From an uncultured virus (IMG/VR IMGVR_UViG_3300027659_000019) (lineage: Duplodnaviria; Heunggongvirae; Uroviricota; Caudoviricetes): a DNA stretch of 28,827 nucleotides. This document shows, piece after piece, positions 17,866 through 25,640 of this stretch. Numbering within the stretch: the stretch's first letter is position 1; each line of letters opens with the position of its first letter. The DNA lies in the IMG/VR virus record IMGVR_UViG_3300027659_000019. One strand, 5' to 3'. Made by a program: the position numbers and the translations under genes. The notes under the pieces are model-generated. The model had not been told where the DNA came from. It did not search any database and was given only the letters and a program-made list of their open reading frames with translations.

Positions 17866-18354
17866 TTGAATATACTCGTATCAATAGACGGCGTACTCAG
17901 TTCGGATTCAGGAGAACCAATCCGTGCAGGAGTAGCGCTTTACTACGCCCTAAACATAAACAACCGAGTGGCTCTTATGACTTCACGCAAAACTGCGGAT
18001 GCAGAGCATTGGTTAAACTCTCACGGAATCATTAACTACGATGATCTTATTGATCATTCCTTCCATCTTGAAGGGGAAGACCTAAAGAAACGCCAGTTTG
18101 TTATGAGCCGTTCCCGTGCTCCAATCGAGATGTATGTTGACTCTGATCCACTTATGTGTGCTTGGGTTTTTGAGGAACAAGGTATTCCTGCTGTTATGTT
18201 TATGAATCCAGGCTATTTAGCCGTTGAACGCCGCCCAGATGCTCCTAAGAAAGTACGTCAATGGGGCGAAATTGAAGAGGCTATTACAAGGGTTAACGTG
18301 GCTAAATCAAAAGATGCGGCTAACCCCAAAGACCTAGAGTTCTGGTCTGACTAA
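17866..18354 (+). CDS. HAD-fold protein (PNKP phosphatase-like), nucleophile Asp replaced by Ser
   Basis: ILVSIDGVL, LMTSR, LKK, YVDSDP; TTG start after AGGA. Confidence 0.7.
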   Translation: MNILVSIDGVLSSDSGEPIRAGVALYYALNINNRVALMTSRKTADAEHWLNSHGIINYDDLIDHSFHLEGEDLKKRQFVMSRSRAPIEMYVDSDPLMCAWVFEEQGIPAVMFMNPGYLAVERRPDAPKKVRQWGEIEEAITRVNVAKSKDAANPKDLEFWSD

Positions 18355-19859
18355 TGAAGATCATCTTCTCTGGGGTCGAGGTTGGTTCCAATCGAACTCT
18401 CCTGGAAGGCCAAAAAGTTACTTATATGGGTCTCAATTACTGGGGTCTTCGTAAGCGTGGGTTGCCCAAAACCAAAAATTGGCTTATTAGCGAGCACTTT
18501 GACGCAGACATTAAAGTTGTTATTGAGTCTGGAGCACCACAGGCTGAAAAGGCTGGGCTATCTAAGAAGGAACTTTTAGATCTTGCCGCAGATTATCAAG
18601 AGTTCCTTGTAAACAATGCAGACCGCGCTTATGCTTTTTTAGAGTTTGACTCAATAATTTTGGGCTATGACTGGGTAGAAGAGCAAAGATCTTTTTTCAG
18701 TAACGATCCTAAACTATGGGTAGTCTGGCATCAAGAATACGGACAGCCAATCCTCAAAGAGATGTCAGAAGATCACCAGAATGTGGCTATTCCTAATGAT
18801 GAGATTGAAGCAGTAACTAACTTAGCGGCTGTGACCAGAAGTTATTCTAGACAGTTTGGTACGCAGTACCACGCTCTTGGATGTGCTAAACCTGACAACC
18901 TTAGATCCATACCATTTGCCACTGCCAGCACATTGTCGTGGCTTTCGCCTATGCGAAGAGGTGAGACTATCATTTGGGATGGTACTAGGTTAAACCGATA
19001 TCCAAAGAAAATGAAAGACCAAGCACGACCTCGCTACAAGGCTGTAGTAGAGAAGGCTGGACTGAACTATTTGGACTTTGTGCAAGATAGTACCCTCGAA
19101 TCGACTAGAGTAGCAGTCTGGTCTTACCTACAGTTGGAGTCATCAATGGATAAGAAAACGCCTGATCTGCACATCATTGAAGGGGGTAAAACATCCCAAG
19201 TATCTGATAACAGTGATACCCCTCTTATGTCAGGTTTGATGGAAATGATGGGGGGTGCATCTGATAACAGTGGTTTAGAAATGCGGAAACAAGAGCGCCC
19301 AGAAGTCGTTCAAAGGGATCCAAATGAGGTTCAAAACCTACCAGTTTTTGGGTACAAGATGAAGACCATTGTTGAAACTGATGAGGACGGCAAAGACGTT
19401 CTTAAAGATGTTCCAGTTGTTAACAGCCAACAAACTTCTCTTCGTCAATGCGACTCTTGCTTTGTAGCAGCCAATTGCCCAGCGTTTAAACCGCAAAATA
19501 CTTGCGCTTTTAATCTTCCAGTAGAGGTAAAAACCAAGGATCAACTGAAGTCTTTACTTACTGCAATTATTGAAATGCAAGGCCAAAGAGTGGCTTTTAT
19601 GCGATTTGCAGAGGAAATGAACGGTGGGTACGCAGATCCAAACGTATCACAGGAGATCGACCGCCTCTTTAAATTAATTGGCAACTTAAACGAGATGGAC
19701 TCCAACAAAGAGTTTATTCAGATCACTGCAAGTCGTCAATCATCTGGTGGAGTTCTCTCTGCAATCTTTGGCGATCGTGCTCAAGCCCTTAGAGAGTTAC
19801 CTGAAACTCTAAGAGAAGATACTGTGACTAAGATTATTCAACAATCTATTGAAGATTAG
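18354..19859 (+). CDS. Degenerate TGT/DpdA-like barrel fused to a Cys-cluster and helical C-terminal domain
   Basis: IESGA, LEFD, VVWH, YHALG and PFATASTLSW follow the TGT-like motif order; CDSC-x5-C-x8-C. Confidence 0.55.
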   Translation: MKIIFSGVEVGSNRTLLEGQKVTYMGLNYWGLRKRGLPKTKNWLISEHFDADIKVVIESGAPQAEKAGLSKKELLDLAADYQEFLVNNADRAYAFLEFDSIILGYDWVEEQRSFFSNDPKLWVVWHQEYGQPILKEMSEDHQNVAIPNDEIEAVTNLAAVTRSYSRQFGTQYHALGCAKPDNLRSIPFATASTLSWLSPMRRGETIIWDGTRLNRYPKKMKDQARPRYKAVVEKAGLNYLDFVQDSTLESTRVAVWSYLQLESSMDKKTPDLHIIEGGKTSQVSDNSDTPLMSGLMEMMGGASDNSGLEMRKQERPEVVQRDPNEVQNLPVFGYKMKTIVETDEDGKDVLKDVPVVNSQQTSLRQCDSCFVAANCPAFKPQNTCAFNLPVEVKTKDQLKSLLTAIIEMQGQRVAFMRFAEEMNGGYADPNVSQEIDRLFKLIGNLNEMDSNKEFIQITASRQSSGGVLSAIFGDRAQALRELPETLREDTVTKIIQQSIED

Positions 19860-19875
19860 TTTGATCTGATAACAG
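19202..19875. repeat. Three copies of ATCTGATAACAG
   Basis: Copies at 19202-19213, 19259-19270 and 19864-19875; the first two extend to 14 bp. Confidence 0.8.
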
Positions 19876-20021
19876 CACCACAAGAGTTATGAAACAGGGT
19901 TCACGCTGTGCTAGGCTCCCAGAGCACTCAACCTTATTGACATATACACGATACGGTTTTAAGCGTAATACTAAGCAACCCATTGAGGGGTATTTAGACA
20001 TTTAGAGAAATGGTAGGGGTT

Positions 20022-22046
20022 ATGTCGTTATTTTCATTTAAGTTAGCCGAAGAGTTTGTGGCTCCGTATCGGGCAAAGAAGGCTCCGTTTGGTTATCAAG
20101 ATGCAGCAGGAAACTCAGTTGGTGAGATCACTTTCTTGCGTACCTATTCACGCCTTAAAGCAGATGGTACGAAAGAAACTTGGGTAGATGTATGTGAGCG
20201 TGTCATCAACGGGATGTACTCACTACAAAAAGATCACGCCAAGACTGCTCGACTTCCGTGGTCAGATGCTAAGGCTGCATCATCTGCTAAAGAAGCATTT
20301 GATCGCTTATGGAACTTAAAGTGGACACCACCAGGTCGTGGGCTGTGGGTTATGGGCACTCCCATTGTGAACGTTCAACGTAACTCCGCAGCACTTCAAA
20401 ACTGTGCTTTTGTATCAACAGGATCTATGACCAAGACTGACCCAGCCAAGTCCTTTGCTTTCCTTATGGAAGCATCAATGCTTGGAGTAGGCGTTGGCTT
20501 TGACGATAAAGGCGCCGATAAAGAATTCACAATCTACGCACCACAAGGAGAAACACCCTATGTCATCCCCGATACCAGAGAAGGTTGGGTTGAGTCCACA
20601 GCCACCCTCATCAATTCCTACCTCAAGCCAGATAGCAAGACTCCAGTATTTGATTACCAAGAGATCCGCTCAGCAGGTGAGCCAATCAAAACGTTTGGCG
20701 GAACAGCAGCAGGGGCAGACCCACTAGTCAAACTCCACGAGTATGTAACTAACCTGTTGCACGGCCGTGCAGGGGAGTTACTTACTCGACGAGATATCGC
20801 TGACATCGGCAATATGATCGGTGTTTGCGTAGTTTCAGGAAACGTCCGTCGTTCAGCCGAACTTCTTATTGGACGCATTGAGGACGAGGAGTTCCTTAAC
20901 CTTAAGAACTACGAAAAGTACCCAGAACGTATGACTCACGGTTGGATGTCTAACAACTCTGTGGCTGTAAACGTTGGTGATAATTTGAACGCCATAGTTG
21001 AAGGCATCAAACTTAACGGTGAGCCAGGGGTTATATGGATGGATATCTCTAAGCAGTATGGTCGCCTTGCTGATCCAATCAACAACAAGGACTGGCGTAT
21101 TGCTGGGTATAACCCTTGCGCAGAACAATCTCTTGAATCTTACGAGTGTTGTACGTTGGTTGAGACTTACTTAAACCGCCACGACAACTTGGAAGACTTT
21201 AAGCGCACACTTAAATTTGCGTACCTTTATGCCAAGACTGTAACTCTTTTACCTACCCACTGGGAAGAGACTAACGCAATTATGCAACGCAACCGTCGTA
21301 TTGGAACTTCAATCTCTGGTGTTGCAAATTTTGCAGACAACAAGGGTCTACCAGTTCTTCGTACATGGATGGATGAGGGGTACAAGACTATAAAGGCTTA
21401 CGACACCTCATACTCAGAGTGGCTTGGTATTCGTGAGTCAATCAAGATGACCACAGTCAAACCATCAGGAACAGTTTCAATTCTTGCTGGAGAATCTCCA
21501 GGAGTTCACTGGACTGTAGGCGGAAAGTACTTCAATCGTGCTATTCGCTTTGCAAATAACGATCCAATGCTTCCACTCTTTAAACTTGCTAACTACAGAG
21601 TAGAACCTGCTAGTGAGTCTCCTGATACGACTTCGGTTGTCTTCTTCCCAATTAAATCAGAGGCAAAGAGAAGTGAGAAGGATGTAAGTATTTACGAGAA
21701 GATGGCACTTGCTGCTACTGCTCAACGCTACTGGTCAGATAACTCAGTCTCAGTAACCATCTCATTTGATCCAGAAACAGAGTCCTCGGCTATTGGTACG
21801 GCTTTGCATATGTACGATGGTCAACTTAAGACTGTCTCATTCTTGCCTAGTGGTAACCATGTCTATCCTCAAATGCCTTACACACAGATCACAGCAGAAG
21901 AGTATGAAGAAAAGGGCGTGATGCAACTATTCCCAATCGACTTCTCTGGTGTCTATGCTGGTATGGCTGCTGATGCTATTGGTGAGGCTTACTGCACTAC
22001 TGATGCTTGCGAAGTAAAGTTAATAACTGATAATCAACCTAAATAA
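20022..22046 (+). CDS. nrdJ: Class II (adenosylcobalamin-dependent) ribonucleotide reductase, monomeric RTPR type
   Basis: TPPGRGLW, NCAF, GNVRRSA, NPCAEQ, TVKPSGTVS, C-terminal CTTDAC. No beta-subunit gene is adjacent. ATG 20022 follows AGGGG (20010 is an alternative start). Confidence 0.93.
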   Translation: MSLFSFKLAEEFVAPYRAKKAPFGYQDAAGNSVGEITFLRTYSRLKADGTKETWVDVCERVINGMYSLQKDHAKTARLPWSDAKAASSAKEAFDRLWNLKWTPPGRGLWVMGTPIVNVQRNSAALQNCAFVSTGSMTKTDPAKSFAFLMEASMLGVGVGFDDKGADKEFTIYAPQGETPYVIPDTREGWVESTATLINSYLKPDSKTPVFDYQEIRSAGEPIKTFGGTAAGADPLVKLHEYVTNLLHGRAGELLTRRDIADIGNMIGVCVVSGNVRRSAELLIGRIEDEEFLNLKNYEKYPERMTHGWMSNNSVAVNVGDNLNAIVEGIKLNGEPGVIWMDISKQYGRLADPINNKDWRIAGYNPCAEQSLESYECCTLVETYLNRHDNLEDFKRTLKFAYLYAKTVTLLPTHWEETNAIMQRNRRIGTSISGVANFADNKGLPVLRTWMDEGYKTIKAYDTSYSEWLGIRESIKMTTVKPSGTVSILAGESPGVHWTVGGKYFNRAIRFANNDPMLPLFKLANYRVEPASESPDTTSVVFFPIKSEAKRSEKDVSIYEKMALAATAQRYWSDNSVSVTISFDPETESSAIGTALHMYDGQLKTVSFLPSGNHVYPQMPYTQITAEEYEEKGVMQLFPIDFSGVYAGMAADAIGEAYCTTDACEVKLITDNQPK

Positions 22047-22049
22047 TCT

Positions 22050-22099
22050 AGCAATACAAAGCGAAAGCCCTGCCTTTTGGTGGGGCTTTTGCTATTGCT
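22050..22099. terminator. Probable bidirectional intrinsic terminator at the convergence point
   Basis: AGCGAAAGCCCTGCC-TTTT-GGTGGGGCTTTTGCT with outer arms AGCAATA/TATTGCT. Confidence 0.8.
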
Positions 22100-22584
22100 T
22101 ACTCTTTTGCTTGCTCTCGTGAATTAAACGCGCACATACGAGACTCGCTTAAGTGACTTTCAATTCTTTTTTTAACATCGTTAGAATCTGACATCTTTCT
22201 AACATTTGTTGAGTTGATGAACTCCCACACTACTGTCTCTAGTTTCTGATTGCAGTCAGGGCAAGGCAATACAAGGTTTTTTCTTGTAGTCTTTTTGTCT
22301 TCGTAAGTCTCAATTCTCCAGCCCAATACAACTAACTTTGTCCAAAAGATTTTTTCTATCTCAGTATTAGTAAGAGGTGTCTCTCTCCAAGGCTTACTAT
22401 CATCGAAGGGCAACTCTTCTTGCTGCCACATCTCACGCTTCTGGTGTGGCTTTGGGTATGACTTGCTAACTTGCTTGTGCTTCTCGTATGGCTTGTTAAA
22501 CTGCTCTTGCTTCTGGTATGGCTTTGCCTTCTGGTTATCCATTGAGTGATCTGACTGCCAGTCATGCATACTGCTTTTAATCAT
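22099..22584 (-). CDS. Hypothetical protein (KPYxK repeats; CPDC...H...C)
   Basis: GGGGAG RBS; ends at the terminator. Confidence 0.7.
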   Translation of the reverse strand: MIKSSMHDWQSDHSMDNQKAKPYQKQEQFNKPYEKHKQVSKSYPKPHQKREMWQQEELPFDDSKPWRETPLTNTEIEKIFWTKLVVLGWRIETYEDKKTTRKNLVLPCPDCNQKLETVVWEFINSTNVRKMSDSNDVKKRIESHLSESRMCAFNSREQAKE

Positions 22585-22593
22585 TTTGCTCCC

Positions 22594-22612
22594 CTAACTA
22601 ACTAACTAACTA
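22594..22612. repeat. (CTAA)4.75 microsatellite
   Basis: CTAACTAACTAACTAACTA. Confidence 0.9.
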
Positions 22613-22635
22613 CGTACCTGGCGGCCGCTAGTTAC

Positions 22636-22668
22636 TTCGAAGATAGCCCCGCCATTTCTGACGGGGCT
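22636..22668 (-). terminator. Terminator-like hairpin after the transglycosylase gene
   Basis: Minus strand AGCCCCGTCA-GAAA-TGGCGGGGCT (GNRA loop); the U tract is weak. Confidence 0.6.
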
Positions 22669-22679
22669 TCTCCTATTGC

Positions 22680-23276
22680 TTACTCTGTCTTTCCTAGTGC
22701 TTTTGCTTTCGCTTTTGCTAGTGCTTTTGCATGGGCTTCAGGGAACTGCTTCAGCCACTTTTTAACTACAGGGTTGCTGATGCCTTTCCATGCCTTCCAG
22801 TTCTTACCTTCATCGGTCATGTAGTACGCGATTTGGGCATTCACCACAGGGTTAAACAGTTGGGCGTTGTACTCCAAACTGAACTTTTCCCTTCGTGTTT
22901 CTCCCAAGGAATCAACCATGTTAATCTGAAACAACCCGAATGAGTTGTCTCCTGTATCTCGGTTGCCGTTGTGGGAGAGAGGGTTTCCTCTTGATTCCTT
23001 CATAGCGATAGCCCACGCATAGCGTAAGGCTTGTCCTTTGAAACCAATAGCGTGAAGCAGATCGACTAACTGCGTTTGAGTTAGTTTGTCTGCGTTCTCG
23101 TACTTGGATAAGGCTCGCTCTTGGTATTGCTTTTGGTCTTGCTTCTGCTTGATCTGTGCTTCGGCTTGCGTAGGGCTGAGGGCTGGTGGCAGTACCACTA
23201 TCCCACTTGCTACGAAGATCGCCGTAAATAGCGATCCGAATACGATCTTGCCTCTTCTTGTTAGTTTCATCATCAC
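22680..23276 (-). CDS. Membrane-anchored SLT-type lytic transglycosylase
   Basis: N-terminal LTRRG plus hydrophobic anchor; AIAMKES (catalytic Glu), GLFQIN, NAQIAY, WKAW. Confidence 0.88.
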   Translation of the reverse strand: MMMKLTRRGKIVFGSLFTAIFVASGIVVLPPALSPTQAEAQIKQKQDQKQYQERALSKYENADKLTQTQLVDLLHAIGFKGQALRYAWAIAMKESRGNPLSHNGNRDTGDNSFGLFQINMVDSLGETRREKFSLEYNAQLFNPVVNAQIAYYMTDEGKNWKAWKGISNPVVKKWLKQFPEAHAKALAKAKAKALGKTE

Positions 23277-24535
23277 TCCAAAAAGTCATTGACACTTTCT
23301 GATGCCTTTGACTGGTTGTGACGAAGGCGATGTAGGTATCGCTCTGTCGTCTTTATCGACTGATGCCCCAAGCGTTCCTTGACCTCATGCACATCTACCC
23401 CACTTTTTAGAAGTTGAGTAGCATTAGCGTGTCTGAGATCATGGGTTCTAGGACTCCAACCGATGCCTGACTTGGCTATTGCCTTGTTCCATGTAGTTCT
23501 CCATACATCTCGTGGTAGGTGACTCGTATGGTCGATGAATCGCTGTTGCTTTTGGTATGGCTTTGTCTTTTGCCTGTGCTTTCGCACCGACTCTCTACAA
23601 GCCTCACATCGGCAACGCCCATGTGTATAGGCGTACAGCGTTCCATGCTGGAACAGTTTTCCGTCTTGGGCGAATGGTCGCTTAGACATCTCTCCACGAG
23701 AACTACTAATTTTACTCGGCTCTGTCACGAGTAACCTTGAGAACAGCAAGTCATCTTTTGATAGGGCTTTTGCTATGACATAGCCCTTAATCTCCTGTAA
23801 TAGGGCTTTAGACAGCATTAAACTGCGCTTATGACCCGACTTTGTGGCTTCTACGACTAGAAACCTGCTGGTATGGCTTGACCCTAGATCGCTGACTCGC
23901 CTTTGAACATAGACTTCGCCTGTCTTTAGGTTGATGTCCTTGACCCTGATCTCGGTGGCTTCCCCGAATCGGCAACCTGATGCGACTAAGAATCGGGCGA
24001 ATAACTGAGCCCCTTCGGTCGGTAGATGCTGAATGATCGCCTTAAACTCTTCGGGCTCTACAACATTCGAGATGTCCGAATACTTCGCCTTAATACGAAT
24101 CCCATGAGTAGGGTTCTGAGTTAATTCTCCTGTATCGACTAACTGGGAGAAGGCAGACCCTAGTGATGCCTTGATCTGATTGAGGGTGGCTGAACCGACT
24201 CCCTCTGATCTCAGGGCTTGAAGTAACTTTTGAATTTTACGGGTATCGATCGAAGTTACTTTGCAATCTCCGAGAGTGGGCAGGACATACCGATCGATGA
24301 TCGACCGATAGCCCTTGCGAGTGATCGGCATGAGATCGGCGGTGGGAAGCCATGAATCGATGTAGGTTGATAGGGTAAATACAGCCCTAGAAGGCTCGCT
24401 GACACCCGATGCCTCTGCTTTTGAGGCGTGGTACATGGCATCGATCTCCGAGCCCCATGTACCTGCTGAGAGGCGTTTACCGCCCTTTCGGTAATAGCCT
24501 GTAAACCTATCTCCACGCTTTACGACATAAGCCAT
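23273..24535 (-). CDS. int: Tyrosine recombinase/integrase with Zn-finger insertion
   Basis: GCRFGE, TKSG, HDLRH, LGH, TTERY; core-binding N-terminal domain; inserted HGT...CRCEACR. Confidence 0.93.
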   Translation of the reverse strand: MAYVVKRGDRFTGYYRKGGKRLSAGTWGSEIDAMYHASKAEASGVSEPSRAVFTLSTYIDSWLPTADLMPITRKGYRSIIDRYVLPTLGDCKVTSIDTRKIQKLLQALRSEGVGSATLNQIKASLGSAFSQLVDTGELTQNPTHGIRIKAKYSDISNVVEPEEFKAIIQHLPTEGAQLFARFLVASGCRFGEATEIRVKDINLKTGEVYVQRRVSDLGSSHTSRFLVVEATKSGHKRSLMLSKALLQEIKGYVIAKALSKDDLLFSRLLVTEPSKISSSRGEMSKRPFAQDGKLFQHGTLYAYTHGRCRCEACRESVRKHRQKTKPYQKQQRFIDHTSHLPRDVWRTTWNKAIAKSGIGWSPRTHDLRHANATQLLKSGVDVHEVKERLGHQSIKTTERYLHRLRHNQSKASESVNDFLE

Positions 24536-24549
24536 GATCTTCCCCTCTC

Positions 24550-24594
24550 ATGTTACTGGTGAGTAATGTTACTGATGAGTAACTTTGATGTCAA
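24550..24594 (-). promoter_or_regulatory. SigA-type promoter of int overlapped by two palindromes
   Basis: TTGACA (24594-24589), 17-bp spacer, TAACAT (24571-24566); tandem ATGTTACTG(G/A)TGAGTA at 24550-24565 and 24566-24581. Confidence 0.8.
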
Positions 24595-24629
24595 AAAAAA
24601 GCCCCTAGCCCGATCAAGGGCTAGGGGTC
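24593..24629 (-). terminator. Intrinsic terminator upstream of int
   Basis: Minus strand GACCCCTAGCCC-TTGATC-GGGCTAGGGGC followed by T8. Confidence 0.92.
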
Positions 24630-24711
24630 AATAGTGACTAAGGGCTTAGGGAATCTGCTTATGTGCGCCTGTAGTAACTCCTAATCGCCCCAGATCAGGG
24701 CTGAGAGTTAG

Positions 24712-24939
24712 TTATGGAAAGAGAATCTCTTCCCAATCCGAATCATCGAGATTGTAGAGATCAGTTGGCAGAACCTTCCAGCGATCATCGATCGCAATAA
24801 AGTCCTCACCAATAAACCAATCAACATCAACGCCCCACTTACCAATAAATACTTTGGCGGTGTAAACATTTCCGTTCATTGGAAACTCAATAACATGATC
24901 TGTTGCTGAGGTTTGACTACTGATTACATTTGCAACCAT
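24712..24939 (-). CDS. Small acidic hypothetical protein
   Basis: GGAGA RBS; last gene before the terminator. Confidence 0.7.
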   Translation of the reverse strand: MVANVISSQTSATDHVIEFPMNGNVYTAKVFIGKWGVDVDWFIGEDFIAIDDRWKVLPTDLYNLDDSDWEEILFP

Positions 24940-24942
24940 AGG

Positions 24943-25134
24943 TTAGTTCTCCGTTTCTATTTGTGTTGTTCGATAAGAGTTCCACTCATCGATTGTTGTT
25001 TGCTTCCATAGCGGTCGATTGCCGATCATGTGATCGGGTTCGGGAAGGGTGTTGCGCTTTCGATAGGTGTAGATCGTATTGATCTTTAACCCTGTTTGTT
25101 GCGCGATGTCGGTAGTAGTAAGCCAGTCCTTCAA
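24943..25134 (-). CDS. Xis/AlpA-like HTH protein (candidate recombination directionality factor)
   Basis: LTTTDIAQQTGLKINTIYTYRKRNTLPEPD..IG.RPLW...IDEW; about 400 bp from int. Confidence 0.8.
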   Translation of the reverse strand: MKDWLTTTDIAQQTGLKINTIYTYRKRNTLPEPDHMIGNRPLWKQTTIDEWNSYRTTQIETEN

Positions 25135-25340
25135 TTCGAGTCACCAGTTTCTTGTTGATCTTGATCAGTAATCACCTCATTAATTGTGTTCTGAATACAT
25201 TCATCGATCACTTCCCACAGATTATCGTCAGAAGTAATCCACTCTCTGATCTTTAACCATTCATCATCAGTAAGCACTCTCCTAACTAATTGATCTGCCT
25301 CTTCACGATTGAATAGCACTATGTCATTTGGATTTATCAT
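25131..25340 (-). CDS. Small hypothetical protein
   Basis: Tightly packed with neighbours. Confidence 0.65.
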   Translation of the reverse strand: MINPNDIVLFNREEADQLVRRVLTDDEWLKIREWITSDDNLWEVIDECIQNTINEVITDQDQQETGDSN

Positions 25341-25526
25341 TTAATTACTCGTTTCTGAGATGTCGTTGAATTGCCAGTTGTTGTGTGTCAGTACAAGAGA
25401 ATGAAATCTCTCTTGCCCTAGTTTGATTCCTTCATCGGGTGTATCTGCTTCTACCTGAACAGTTAGAAGATCGCTTGCATAACCTTGATCCATAGTTTCG
25501 AAATGCACATTCCACCACTTAGTCAT
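25341..25526 (-). CDS. Small hypothetical protein
   Basis: Tightly packed; VQVEADTPDEG pattern is common in small phage proteins. Confidence 0.65.
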   Translation of the reverse strand: MTKWWNVHFETMDQGYASDLLTVQVEADTPDEGIKLGQERFHSLVLTHNNWQFNDISETSN

Positions 25527-25638
25527 TGTTCATCTCGTTATCGTGATCGATGATGATTACTTCGATGTCACTAGGGCATCGCACAACCTCTGCAACGCCA
25601 CCATTGACCTCTATTACTACCTGATTCTTTGCATACAT
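25519..25638 (-). CDS. 39-aa hypothetical protein (not in ORF track)
   Basis: MYAKNQVVIEVNGGVAEVVRCPSDIEVIIIDHDNEMNND; AAGGT RBS; fills the gap between neighbours. Confidence 0.65.
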   Translation of the reverse strand: MYAKNQVVIEVNGGVAEVVRCPSDIEVIIIDHDNEMNND

Positions 25639-25640
25639 AA

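Noticed and set aside
18354..19859. Active DpdA 7-deazaguanine DNA modification
   Set aside because: The catalytic Asp positions appear substituted, and no folE/queC/queD/queE genes are in the window.
19937..19972. Sigma-70 promoter and NrdR boxes upstream of nrdJ
   Set aside because: TTGACA is present at 19937-19942, but there is no TANNNT at 16-18 bp spacing and no convincing NrdR box.
984..21128. Many minus-strand and alternate-frame ORFs in the track (e.g. 984-1610, 6120-6482, 13875-14333, 14783-15226, 16035-16364)
   Set aside because: They shadow well-supported + strand genes and lack RBSs or recognisable motifs.
2584..22046. Inteins or introns in polA, recA or nrdJ
   Set aside because: All three are uninterrupted, of normal length and lack intein terminal motifs.
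22356..22565. Alternate-frame ORF with SHTRS repeats
   Set aside because: A by-product of the 30-bp DNA repeat inside ORF 22099-22584.
24630..24711. attP site or tRNA fragment near int
   Set aside because: Only short inverted repeats; no tRNA-like 3' segment or identifiable core, and it cannot be assigned without a host sequence.
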